Shown here one piece after another: positions 37,501 to 49,989 of a DNA stretch of 64,000 bases (positions within the stretch are counted from its first letter, which is position 1; each line of letters opens with the position of its first letter). Source of the stretch: Chiloscyllium plagiosum (Eukaryota). The translations under genes were made by a program, and so were the position numbers. The notes under the pieces were generated by a model. It made no database searches, was not told where the DNA came from, and saw only the letters and a program-made list of their open reading frames with translations. The stretch spans positions 1,255,036 through 1,319,035 of the forward strand of contig NC_057752.1 in NCBI RefSeq assembly GCF_004010195.1, given 5' to 3'.

Positions 37501-39130
37501 TCATAGTGGGTGTGTGTTTGGAAGCTGCTGTCTGTGTGGTGAGTTTCTGTAGGGCATCTTGTAGATGGTACACACTGCTGCTACTGAGCGTCGGTGGGGG
37601 AGGGAGTGGGTGTTTGTGGATGTGGGGCCAATCAAGTGGGGGCTGCTTTGTCCTGGCTGGTGTCAAGCTTCTTGAGTGTTGTTGGAGCTGCCCCCATCCA
37701 GGCAAGTGGGGAGTATTCCATCACACCCATGACTCGTGCCTTGTCGATGGTGGAGAGGCTGTGGGGAGTCAGGAGGGGAGTTATTCGCTGAATGTTTGGC
37801 AACGAGTCTAGTCTGTGCAATAATTCACAACGTTGGCACCAATCTCCAAGTGTGGGTGAGGAGGACTTTGAAGTGTTGAATGGGCTAGAGTGTCCTGTCG
37901 TAAGCCAATATTGGGCTGTGGCCAAGTGGTCAGCCTTTATACTCTTGCTATACAAATTCAGAAGGCAGTTAAGAATCGTCACATTGCACTGGAGTCACAT
38001 GTAGATCCCAGCCTGGGCAGGCTGAGAGCTTTCCTTCCCGAAATGACATTGTTTCTTTTCAATTATTCATTGTCAGCTTGGGAGCTGCTGTCCTGACGTC
38101 AGCCTTCTATTTCCTGATCTGAAATTAAAAAGGGAATTGAAATTTCTCAGACGTGTACACAATCAAACCTCATTGTCGGGGGCTGTCTCCGAGAAAGAAG
38201 TGCCATATCATTCCAGTTCCGGAATGCCAAGTCATAATTCTTTAAAGCTAGAGGAGGTTTGAAGCACTGAATAGGTTGGTAGCAGGAACCACAGGGTCAG
38301 TATGGCACAGGCAGAGATCCTTCAGCCCATCTAGTCTATGATGACCCTCTGTGCAGCAATCCATTCCCCCACTCTATCCAAATCCCTGACCACTCTGCTT
38401 CTCTCAGTTACCCATCCGATTTCTTGTCGGAATTATTCATCACCTCCCCCTTCCCCCGTCGTAGGCAGCCATTATCGGTAACACTGAAAAATCGCTCTTC
38501 TTCACCCACACCCCCCGCCCCACCTTCACTCTCACCCAAACCTTTACATCTGTGTCCCCTAGTCCTTGCCCCATCAACCACTTCTTTTTGTTTGCCTTAT
38601 CCCAACCTGGCAGTGTCCACCACGATCAAATCCCCCCTCGATCTCCTTCGCTTAAAGGAGAACACGCCCAGTTTCTCCAGCCTTCACCTTGTCATTACAA
38701 CCCCCCCTGCCCCTGTCCCTGGGAAATCTCCTCTGCACCCTCTCGATGATCCGCACGCCCTTCCTGAAGTGTGCTGACCAGAACTGGATGCAATATTCCA
38801 GCTGAGGCCCATAGCCAATGCTTGATAAAAGTGGGATGGAACCAGCCTGCATTTGTTCTCCCGTGCTTCTACTGGTGAAGCCCAGGATTTCAAGCAGGTC
38901 AGAAAGCACAGACAGACTCGAGCCGTGGTCTATTGAGAATCTCCATGAAGGTGAAAGTGTACATAATGCTGTCTCTCTGATATTCACAGATGCTGAGAAG
39001 AGCGATGGAATAGCCTTGACTACAGAGCTATGAGATAGCAAGTATAGTACAGGGTGGAGTTTCATGAACAATACCGTGTGAATAAAAGAGTTTGTTGCAA
39101 CTCCCAAGACTCAGACAGCATTCCTAGCTG

Positions 39131-39202
39131 AGGGCGGCTCAGTGGTTAGCACTGCTGCCTCACAGTGCCAGAGACTTGGGCTCGATTCCACCCTTGGCGA
39201 CT
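39131..39202 (+). mobile_element. 5' part of an HE1-type SINE (split by a LINE insertion)
   Basis: ggctcagtggttagcactgctgcctcacagtgccagagac...ttggcgact; the remainder is at 41667. Confidence 0.8.
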
Positions 39203-41665
39203 ACAAGACCTTAAGACATAGGAGCAGAAATTAGGCCATTCAGCCCATCAGGTCTGCTCTGCCATTCAATCATGGCTGATAAGTTTCTCATCCCCATTCT
39301 CCTGCTTTCCCCTGGTAACCCTTGATACTCAAGAACCTATCTATCTCAGTCTTAAATACACTCACTGACCTGGCCTCCACAGCCTTCTGTGGCAGTGAAT
39401 TCCATCGATACCCCACTCTCTGGCTGAAGAGGTTTCTCCTTATCTCCATTCTAAAAGGTCTCCCCTTTACTCTAAGACTATGCCCTCAGGTCCTAGTCTC
39501 TCCTACCATTGGAAACATATTCCCAACATCCACTCTGTCCAGGCCATTCAGTTTTCTGTATGTTTCAATTAGATCCCCCCTCCATTGAGTACAAACCCAG
39601 AGTCCTCAAACATTCCTCGTATGTTACGCTTTTCATTCCTGGGACCATTCTTGTGAACCTCCTCTGGCTCCAGGGCCAGTACATCCTTCCTGAGATTATG
39701 GGGCCCAAAACTGCACACAACACTCCAAATGTGATCTGACCAGGGCATTAAAGAGCCTCAGAAGTATATCCCTGCTTTTATATTCAAGCCCTCTCAAAAT
39801 AAATGCCATCATTGCATTTGCCTTCCTAACTACTGACTCAACTTGCATGTTTACCTTGCACGTATCCTGGACTAGAACTCCCAAGTCTCTTTGCACTTCA
39901 GATTTCTGAATTTTCTCCTCATTTAGAAAGTAGTCCATGCATCTATTTTCCTACCAAAGTGCATGACCTCACTTTCCCATGTTCTACTCCATCTGCCACT
40001 TCTTTACCCATTCTCCCAACCTGTACAAATCCTTCTGCAGCCTCCCCGCCACCTCAATGCTACCTGTCCCTCTACCTGTCTTTGTATTGTCTGCAAACTT
40101 AGCCAGAACATCCTCAGTCCCTTCATCTCGATCGTTAATATATAAAATGAAAAGTTGTGGTCCCAACACTGAGCCTTGTGGAACACCACTTATCACCAGC
40201 TGCCATCCTGAGAAGGACCCTTTTATCCCCACTCTCTGCTTTCTGCCAGACAGCCAAGCTTCTATCCATGCCAGCACCTTGCTTATGACACCAAGGGCCC
40301 TTATCTTACTCTGTAGCCTCCTGTGTGGCACCTTGTCAAAGGCCTTCTTAAAGTCTGGGTAGATAACGTGCATTGGCTCTGCTTGGTTTAACCTGCTTGT
40401 TACTTCATCAAAGAATTCTAGCAGATTTGTAAGGCATGACCTCCCCTTGATGAAACCAGGCGGACTTAGCCCTATTTTACCATACGCTTCCAAGCATTCA
40501 GAAATCTCATCCTTCACAATGGATTCCAGAATCTTACCCGTGACTGAGGTTAGGCTAATTGATCTGTAGTTTTCCATCTTTTGCCTTACTCCCTTTTTAA
40601 ACAGGGATGACACATTAACAATTTTCCAGTCCTCTGGTACCCTCCCTGATTGTAGCGATTCCTGAAAGATCACCACTAACGCCTCCACTATCACTTCATC
40701 TATGTCCCTTAGAACTCTGGGGTGTAGTCCATCTGGTTCAGGAGATTTATCCACCTTCAGGCCATTCAGTATTTCTCGCACCTTCTCCTTGGTGATGGCC
40801 ACCAAACTCAGCTGTGCCCCCTCACTCCCTTGAATTTTTTGGGATATTACTCGTGTCTTCCACCATGAAGACTGCCCCAAAGTAATTATTCAGTTCCTCA
40901 GCCATTTCCTTGTTCCCCGTTACTATCTCTCCAGTGTCATTTTCCAGTGGCCCAGTGTCCACTTTTGCTACTGTTTTGCCCTTTATATATCTAAAGAAAC
41001 TCGTACAGTCTTCCTTTATATTACTGGCTCGCTTATCCTCAGATTAATCTTCTCCCTCCTTATTTCTTTTATCGTTGCCCTCTGTTGGTCTTTGTAAGCT
41101 TCCCAATCCTCTAGTTTCCCACTGTTCTTCCCCACATTATATGCTTTCTCTTTTGCTTTTATACTACCCCTGACTTCCCTCGTCAGCCATGGATGGTTGC
41201 CTCACCCTCCCTGTACCATGCTTCCTTTTTCTCGGCATGAATCTCTGTGTCTCCTGAATTACTCCCAGAAACTCCAGCCATTGCTGTTCCACTGTCTTTC
41301 CTGCTGGGCTCTCCTCCCAATCAATTCTACCCAGCTCCTCCCTCTTGCCTCTGTAGTTGCCTTTATTCAGCTATAATCCGGTTACCTGATTCTATCTTCT
41401 CCCTCTCAAACTGCAGAGTAAATTCAATCATATTATGATTACTGCCTCCTAAGTGTTCCTTCACTTTAAGCTTCCTTATCAAGTCTGCCTCATTGCACAA
41501 CACTAAATCCAGTGTTGCCTGTTCCCAGTGGGCTCCACCACAAGCTGCTCCAAAAAGCCATCTCATAGACATTCCACAGATTCCTTTTCTTGCAAACCAT
41601 TACCAACCTGATTTTCCCAGTCCACCTGCATATTGAAATCCCCCAAGATCACTGTAACATTGCAT
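39203..41665 (-). mobile_element. CR1 LINE, ~2.46 kb, 5'-truncated, with RT domain (disabled)
   Basis: ORF 39984-40880: NYRSISLTS, DFKKAFDKVPH, GVPQGSVLGPQLF, KFADNTK (expected FADD); end of endonuclease at 41363-41572. Confidence 0.92.
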
Positions 41666-41666
41666 T

Positions 41667-41925
41667 GGACTGTCTGTGTGGAGTTTGCATGTTCTTCCTG
41701 TGTCTATGTGGGTTTCCTCCGGGTGCTCCGGTTTCCTCCCATTGTCCAAAGATGTGCAGGTTGGGTGGATACCCGTGTTAGATTGCCCGTAGTGTCCAGA
41801 GATGTGCAGGCTAGGTGCGTAGCCATGGAAAATGTAGGGAGGGGGTGGATCTGGGTGGGATGCCCTTCAGAGAGTCAGTGTGGACTTGTTGGGCTAAATG
41901 ACCTGTCTCCGCGCTGTCAGGATTC
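41667..41925 (+). mobile_element. 3' part of the split HE1-type SINE
   Basis: gactgtctgtgtggagtttgcatgttc... continues the SINE head at 39131-39202. Confidence 0.8.
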
Positions 41926-42614
41926 AATGGAACAAAAACGCTGAAGGAACAGGCTCGAGGGGATGAATGGCCTCCTTTTCTTCCAATGTTGCTCCAACAT
42001 CCTGACAATTCTCACCGTTACAAAAGAGGTGAAATCCTTCAGAGTAAATTTACGGTCCATTTACCCTGTCACCAAATTCACCTGGAGAAATTTATTAGCT
42101 TCAAATGCACTTTCTCGTGAATAAATGTTTAATTTCTGAAGGCGAGCAACAGCTGGAAGATGAATGAAATCATTGTTTTTGTTTGCTAAGAGGAAAACCC
42201 TTTGGGAACTGCAGCACCTCAATCTTCGTGGAATTACTTTGAACTCCCATTATGTGCAAAAGAAATAAAACCAATGGTTTTGGCTGGAGTGCCGATTGTC
42301 AACAATTAAGATTACTTGGTTGATTGGATGATTTTAGGCCATTAGAAAGGAACTTAAAATTAGAAGGAAGTCATTGTCCCTCAGGGCTGTTCCTCTGTCC
42401 AATTAGATCACAGTGAATCTCGACCTCAGTTCCATCTCGGTCCCACCTGTTAATACTCTTGCCTTACTAAATTCTGTCAGTCTCATTTCTTCATTTCTCA
42501 CTTTAACTCCATCAGCTTGCTCGGAGGAAGCCACTGGCCTTTGTATACCTCCTGCTACATTGAATAGACAACCAGCAGCAGCAACAGGCCCTCGGGCCTG
42601 CTACACCATGAATA

Positions 42615-42950
42615 GGGTGGCTCAGTGGTTAGCACTGTGGCCTTACAGCGCCAGGGACCTGGGCTCAATTTTACCTTTGGGTGACTGTTTGTGGGGAGTT
42701 TGTACATTCTCCCAGTGTCTGTGTGGGTTTCCTCTAGGTGCTCCGGTTTCCTCCCACAGTCCAGGGATGTGCAGGTTAGGTGGATTGGCCGTGGGAAATG
42801 CAGGGCTACAGGGATGGGAATGGCTGGACTGCTGATTGAAGGGTTGATGCTGACATGGAGAGAATGTGCAAACTCCACACAGACAGCCACTCCGAGGGTG
42901 GAATCGAATCGGGGTCCCTGGCACTGTGAGGTAGCAGTGCTAACCACTGA
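42615..42950. mobile_element. Two HE1-type SINE pieces in opposite orientation
   Basis: Plus-strand head and core 42615-42830; minus-strand head 42855-42950. Confidence 0.75.
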
Positions 42951-45080
42951 GATATCTAAATGCAGAAAACACACCCAATTTGTACGGAGCGAGCTCCCAC
43001 AATCAGCAGCATCACTATGGCTTATGCTTTTGTGGTGTTGGTGAAAGTGATAAATATTGGCCAGGGTGAACTGCCCTGGTATGGTTTGCTTGGAAGACAG
43101 TGCCTGATAGCACAGCGCTCCCTCAGTCTAGACGAGTTGGGGAAGACCGGACTTGAACCAACAACCTTCACAGCAGGGGTGAGTGTGCGACCTCTGAGCC
43201 TGGGGACACATCAGCAAAGGAGGCACTGAGTTTGCTCTGAGCCCAAGGTAGACCGAATGCGTTTGTCTAGTCCGCCGCCCCCACTCTCTCTCTCGCTCCT
43301 CAACCTCCACAGTTTCTGAAATGGTTATCTTCGCAATCGGAGATTTTTTTCATCAGAACTGCTATGCCTTTATCTACTAGCTCTGTTACAAGTGAGTTCT
43401 GATCGCCAGATTAGTGCATCAGACAAGACCATCTGGAACTGGTGTGAGAAAAATAAAATTACTCAGCTCGCTAAGTTTACTGTGTGATCCACGTGGGCAT
43501 CTATTTGTTGATGAGCAAAACTAGGTCTGCTGCTTTAATTTCCCGCATTTCAAACAACTCACATTCCTTCAAACAGGAATTGAGATGAATTTCAGATTGG
43601 GAACTTTGCAACTAAATGCATGAAGCGGGGACTCTGACAGCAAACCAGTAAATGCCGGGGAAGCTGCACAATATGGTTTCAGAGCTATTGGACCAAAGAT
43701 TGTATGATCTGGGAGCAGAAGGAGGCCATTCAGCCCATTGAACCTGCTCTGCCACTTAATACTATCTTATCTCACCTCCACTTTCCTGCCTGCTCTCCAT
43801 AACGCTGCAACCCATTATTAATTTAAAATCTGTCTATCTCCCCCTCATGTTTACTCAATGACCCAGTGTCCACCATACTCCAGGGGGATTGAATTTCACA
43901 GGTACACAACACTTTGAGAGAAGCCATTTCTACTGAATTCTGTCTTAAATCTGTGACCCTTATCTTAAAGCAATGACCTCTCATTCTGGATTGCCCTACG
44001 TGAGAAAACATCCTCTCCACATCTACTGTGTCAATCCCCTTTAGCATCTTAAATTCCTCAATTAGATCTCCTGTCATCCTTCTCAGAGTTGCTTGAAGAC
44101 AGAGGATTCCCACTAAAAGACCAGGGCTCAAACAATGCGAAGGGTGTACAGACCCTGTAAAGTTCTGAGATGTTTTAATGTACTGTAAGTAAGAAGTTAA
44201 AACAGATGTCACCACAGCATTGCTCTGGGATAATTCATTTAAGATAAACAGCAAATACACGACAGCAAACTACCTGAACGGTGTTATTCTGTCCAGTCAC
44301 ATTGCGATCGCCAAAACAATTGCTTTCACAACTGCATGAAATCCATTGGTGATCTAAAGCACGCAGTACAGAGCATGGAGAAGAGACTTGGGCAACTGTC
44401 GATATATATACATGATTAAAATAACCGTGACATACACGGTCAGGAAGACAAATGGAGTGCTGGCCGTTATATACAGAGGTTCACCAGATTGATCCCAGAG
44501 ATGAGGGGTTTGTTGTATGAAGAGAGATTGAACAGTTTAGGCCTATAACTGTCTGGAATTTAGAAGAATGAGAGGAGATCAAATGGAGGGCTTATTAAAG
44601 GTGGGGATAAAATGGATGTGCAGTGGATGCTTCCTCTTATGGGGGGTTCTAGGATGACAGGGCAAGGGGTAGAACAGGGTGGAGGAGAAACTACTCGTCC
44701 CAAAGGGTTGTGGAATCTGTGGAATTTGTTCCCCCAAAGTGCAGTGGACAGTGAGCAAATTCAAGGAGTGAGACAGATTTTTAATTCGTAATGGGGAGGG
44801 GGCAGGAAAATGGGGGTGAGGAGCACGTCAGCCATGATCGAATGGCGGAGCAGACTCGATGGACTGAATGGCCTAAGTCTGCTCTTATGACATTATAATG
44901 TGGGGAAGGGGTGCAGCATTTAAGAGGGTCAAAGTCCTTCCTCAGCTGGTTAGAGACATCTGGAAAAGGACAAAAAACCAAAGTGCAGATGCTGGAATCC
45001 AAAGTAGACAGGCAGGAGGCTGGAAGGACACAGCACGCCAGGCTTGTAACCCTTCTTCACCTGACACACTGACTTCTCCA

Positions 45081-45913
45081 CCTCCTGATGCTGCCTGCCT
45101 TGCTGTGTTCTTCCAGCCTCCTGCCTGTCCCTCCTGATGCTGCCTGCCTTGCTGTGTTCTTCCAGCCTCCTGCATGTGCCTCCTGATGCTGCCTGGCTTG
45201 CTGTGTTCCCCCAGCCTCCTGCCTGTCCCTCCTGATGCTGCCTGGCTTGCTGTGTTCCCCCAGCCCCCTGCCTGTCCCTCCTGATGCTGCCTGCCTTGCT
45301 GTGTTCCCACAGCCTCCTGCCTGTCCATCCAGATTCTGCCTGGCTTTCTGTGTTCTCCCAGCCTCCTGCCTGTCCCTCCTGATGCTGCCTGCCTTGCTGT
45401 GTTCCCCCAGCCTCCTGCCTGTCCCTCCTGATGCTGCCTGGCTTGCTGTGTTCCCCCAGCCTCCTGCCTGTCCCTCCTGATGCTGCCTGCCTTGCTGTGT
45501 TCTTCCAGCCTCCTGCCTGTCCCTCCTGATGCTGCCTGGCTTGCTGTGTTCCCCCAACCTCCTGCCTGTCCCTCCTGATTCTGCCTGGCTTGCTGTGTTC
45601 TCCCAGCCTCCTGCCTGTCCCTCCTGATGCTGCCTGGCTTGCTGTGTTCCCCCAACCTCCTGCCTGTCCACCCTGATGCTGCCTGGCTTGCTGTGTTCCC
45701 CCAGCCTCCTGCCTGTCCACCCTGATGCTGCCTGCCTTGCTGTGTTCCCCCAGCCTCCTGCCTGTCCCTCCTGATGCTGCCTGCCTTGCTCTGTTCTTCC
45801 AGCCTCCTGCCTGTCCCTCCTGATGCTGCCTGCCTTGCTCTGTTCTTCCAGCCTCCTGCCTGTTCCTCCTGATGCTTCCTGGCTTACTCTGTTCCCCCAG
45901 CCTCCTGCCTATC
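45081..45913 (+). repeat. Minisatellite, 17 x 49 bp (cctcctgatgctgcctg[gc/cc]ttgctgtgttcccccagcctcctgcctgtc)
   Basis: Unit starts recur every 49 bp from 45081 to 45865. Confidence 0.95.
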
Positions 45914-45916
45914 CCT

Positions 45917-46500
45917 TTATGTGGACACACTGGTTACAAAGGCCCAACAACGTCTCTTCTTCCTCAGGCAGCTGAGGAAATTTGACATGATGGTGAATAC
46001 CCTTGCCAACTTTTATAGGTGTGCCATAGAGAGCATTCTGTCTGGATGTATCACTACCTGGTGTGGCAACAGTACCATTCAAGATCAGAGACGGTTACAG
46101 AGAGTGGTGAACCCGGCCCAGACAATCACAAAGGCCAATCTCCCATCTATAGAATCCATCTACCAGGCCCGCTGTCAAGGAAAGGCCGCCAGCATTCTCA
46201 AAGATCCATCCCACCCTGGCAATGTTTTTCTACAACCTCTACCATCGGGGAGAAGGTACAGAAGCCTGAACACACGCACCAGCCGGTTTCGAAACAGTTA
46301 CTACCCTACTGTTGTTAGAATACTGAATGGACACTCAAACTTTTAACATTCACCTGTACCTGTGTTTTGGTTTTTGCCGCTGTTTACCTATTATTTACTT
46401 ATCTATGCTACTTAACTCTGTGATCTGCCTGTATTGCTCTCAAGACAAAAGCTTTTCACTATGTGTCGGTACACGTGACAGTAAATTCAATTCAATTCAA
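45917..46500 (+). mobile_element. Rex1/Babar LINE 3' end with (AATTC)n tail
   Basis: ORF 45921-46346 KAQQRLFFLRQLRKF...RTSRFRNSYYP; tail taaattcaattcaattcaa. Confidence 0.9.
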
Positions 46501-46599
46501 CTTTAATTCAATAATTTAAAAAAATTAACAGTCATGAATCCATTGTCGGAAAAACCCATCTGGTTCAGTAATGCCCTTTCGGGAAGGAAACTGCCATCC

Positions 46600-47870
46600 T
46601 TTTTTTAATTCATTTATGGGACTTGGGCATCACTGGCTGGGCCCAGTAATTATTGCCCCTGTCCCTAGTTGCCCCTTGAGAAAGTGGGGGTGAGCTGCCT
46701 TCTTGAACCACTGCAGTCCATGTGCTGTGGGTTGACCCACAATGCCCTGAGGGAGGGAATTCCAGGATTTTGATCCAACGACTGTGAAGGAAGAGCGATA
46801 TATTTCCAAGTCAGGATGGTGAGTGGCTTGGAGGGGAACTTGCAGGGGGTGGTGTTCCCATGTATCTGCTGCCCTTGTCCTTCTAAGGTGGAAGTGGTCG
46901 CACTGTCTAAGGATCTTTGGTGAATGTCTGCAGTGCATCTTGTAGATAGTACACACTGACGCTACTGGGCAGCAGTGGCACCACATCTACACACAACCAA
47001 GTGAATTGCTTTGTCCTGGTGGGGTTGTTCTTGAGTGTTGTTGGACAGTGCAGTGGTCACTTTTACCGACACTGTCACGGAGAGATGTACCTGCAGCCGG
47101 CAGATTAGTAAGGACGAGGTCAAGTATTTTTTTCCCTCTTGTTGGTTCCTTCACCATCTGCTGTAGACCCAGTCTAGACATTCGATCCTTTAGGATCTGA
47201 CCAGCTTGATCTGTAGTGCTGCTGCCCAGCCACTCTTGATGGTGGACATTGAAATCCCCCACCCAGAATACAGCTTGTACCCTTGCCAGCCCCAGTGCTT
47301 CCTCTAAGTGTTGTTAAACATGGAGAAGTACTGATTCATCAGCCGAAGGAGGACGGTATGTGGTAACCAGAAAGAAGTTTCTCTGCCAATGTTTAACCTG
47401 AAGCCATGACACTTCATGGGGTCCGGAGTCGATGTCAAGGACTCCCAGGGCGACTCCCTCCCAACTGTATCCCACTATGCCACCACCTCTACTGGGTCTG
47501 TCCTGCCGGTGGGACAGGACATATCCAGGGATGGTAATGGTGGTGTCTGGGGTGTTATCTGTAAGGTCTGATTCCGTAAGAATGACTATGTCAGGCTGTT
47601 GCTTGACTAGTCTGTGAGACAGTCTCCCAATTTCGGCACTCGCCCCCAGACGGTGGGAAGGAAGACTTTGCATGGTCGACAGGGCTGATTGTACTGCGGT
47701 CTTTTCCGGTTCCAAGGTCGAAGCCAGCAGTTTGTCCGGTTTCATTTCTTTATTGTGACTTTCTAGTGATTGATACAACCGAGTGGCTTGGTCGGCCATT
47801 TCAGGGAGCAGCTGAGAGCCAACCACATTGCTGTGGCTCTGGAGTCACACGTCACCCAGACCAGGTAAGG
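46600..47870 (-). mobile_element. CR1-like LINE with 5' end and APE endonuclease fused to the 3' end (RT deleted)
   Basis: QQPDIVILTES, YRPPS, GDFNVHH, EPTRGKKILDLVLTN, GKSDH; junction near 47042 into the C-terminal segment and poly(A). Confidence 0.82.
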
Positions 47871-49989
47871 ATGGAGTCCTTGCCTGGTCTGGATCTACAT
47901 GTGACTCCAGACCCATAGCAATGTGGTTGACTCTTAACAATTGGGAAGTAAATGCTGACCAAGCCAGCGATGCCCTTACCCAGTGAATGAATGCTTTCAA
48001 AAGAAAACTCTCTGCCCCCAGAACTCCAGCTGTTATAAATGTGAAATTCAACACCCCACCATGTGAAATTCCAAGAGGCTGGAAAGAGGCCAGTTTCCAG
48101 ACTGATGACGAGCATTAATTGATTACATGGAGGATCGATGCTGGTCAGGGCTGATTAAATCCTACTCAGTCCCCACACTCAGCCCCTGCTCCATCTAACA
48201 GGTTATCATTCACTTTCTTGCCTGAAGTAACTCTTTTAAGCAATTCTTCAGCATCCCTTTCCCCAGGTTTCAAACTGACGCAGACATGATGGCCACCATT
48301 ACCTCCTCTGTGTCATTTATTTTCTTCGCTTCAAAATAACAACTTGAGTGTTTTCGGTGATGCTCCATTGGAGTGTTCTAAAATCCATCCAACACGCAGA
48401 CTATGTGAGAATCCCTTCACCAGGAGTTAAAACCAAGACCCCGACAGGCGCTGACTGGCACCGACAGACACCATCTGATGCCAACAGGCATTGGCAGATG
48501 CCAGCAGACACTGACAGGAATTGGCAACCTTTTGTCAGGTACCGAACTATTCAGTTGTCTGAAACCTGGCCCCAAACCAATTTCCACGGCAACTGGGTAT
48601 TCATCTGCCTGCTACTGCGCCAGAGGGGCAGCGTGCTTTGACCATCAGAAAATGGCCTCCAATGGAGGCATCTGATGGTGTAGTGCTATTGACACTGGGC
48701 TAATAATCCAGACACCCAGGTAATGTTCTGGGGACTTGGGTACAAATCTCACCATGGCAGATGCCAGTCTCCGCTGATACTGAGGCAATCCATGTTCAAA
48801 TACACCAAGATCTGGACAATATCCAGGCTGGGGCTGTTACTGGCAGATAACATTCATGCCACACAAATGCCAGGCAACGACTATCTCTAGTAAGAGACAG
48901 TCTAACCACCACCCCTTGTCATTCAATGGTGTTACCATTGTTGAATGCCCCACTATCATCCTGGGATTACCAAGGACCAGAAACTGAACTGGACTCACCA
49001 CATAAATACAGTGGCTACAAGGGCAGGTCAGAGATCAGGAATACTGCAGCGAGCGACTCACCCCAAAGCACAAGTCAGGAGTGTGATGGAATACCCCCCC
49101 CCCCTTTGCCTGGATGGGTGCAGCTCCAACACTCAAGAAGCTTGACACTATCCAGAAAAAGCAGTCTGCTTGATTGGCCCTACATCCACAAGCATCTACT
49201 CCCAGCACCACCCACACCTACATCAAATATCATCAGTACCTACAACACAAGGACTGCAGTGGTTCAAGAAGGCAGCTCACCACCACCTTCTCAATGAGAG
49301 ATGGGCAATGAATGCTGGCCTGGCCAGCGACACCCACATCCTGTGAAAGAATGAAACTAGATACTTGCTGAGCTGCATAAAGCAAGGGTACCCACCCAGG
49401 CACTAGGGCTCAAGGCTGAATTTACAAGGGTTTACTTATGTTTACACAAGTGGACCAGCCTTCTATATCAATAGATCCTGAAAGCAGATGGGAGATTTCT
49501 TCAAATGTTAGTCTGTTCACAATATGAACACTGTAAATACATGCAAATAGTATAAAACATTACAATCAGCTTGTGACATAGTTATGACAGCTTTGCAAGT
49601 CAGCTTTACAAAGTTCAAAGACAATAAAAGGCTCCTGTTCCATTATTTTGTTCATTATTTCTTAAGGTGCTGTCCAGTCAATGATGCTTTCCAGTCCAAA
49701 GATGTGCAAGTTAGGTAAATTGGTCATGCTAAATTGCCCGTAGAGTTAGGTGCATTAGTTAGGGGGAATGAGTCTGGGTGGGTTACTCTTCGAAGGGTTG
49801 GTGTGGACTAGTTGGGCCGAAGGGCCTGTTTCCACACTGTAGGGAATCTAATCTAATCTAATCAAATACTTTTGTTTTTAAGTGCAGTCACCTTTTGTCA
49901 TACAGGAAATTGGGCAGCCAATTTGTGCACAGCATGATCCTACACACAGCAACAGAAACAAAAACAACCAGGTTCCCTCAGCAGGTCAG

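Noticed and set aside
38940..39125. Possible solo LTR with AATAAA
   Set aside because: No clear TG...CA termini, TSD or second copy in the window.
39984..40880. 298-aa reverse transcriptase ORF as an active or domesticated gene
   Set aside because: Catalytic FADD is changed to FADN, the flanking frames are broken and the element is 5'-truncated.
45081..45913. Regularly spaced repeats resembling a CRISPR array
   Set aside because: Units are contiguous with no unique spacers, there are no cas genes, and the context is eukaryotic.
44942..45930. Three long overlapping minus-strand ORFs (237, 326 and 204 aa) with repetitive GGW/RQ motifs
   Set aside because: Artefact of a stop-free 49-bp tandem repeat read in all three frames; the unit derives from a transposon terminal repeat.
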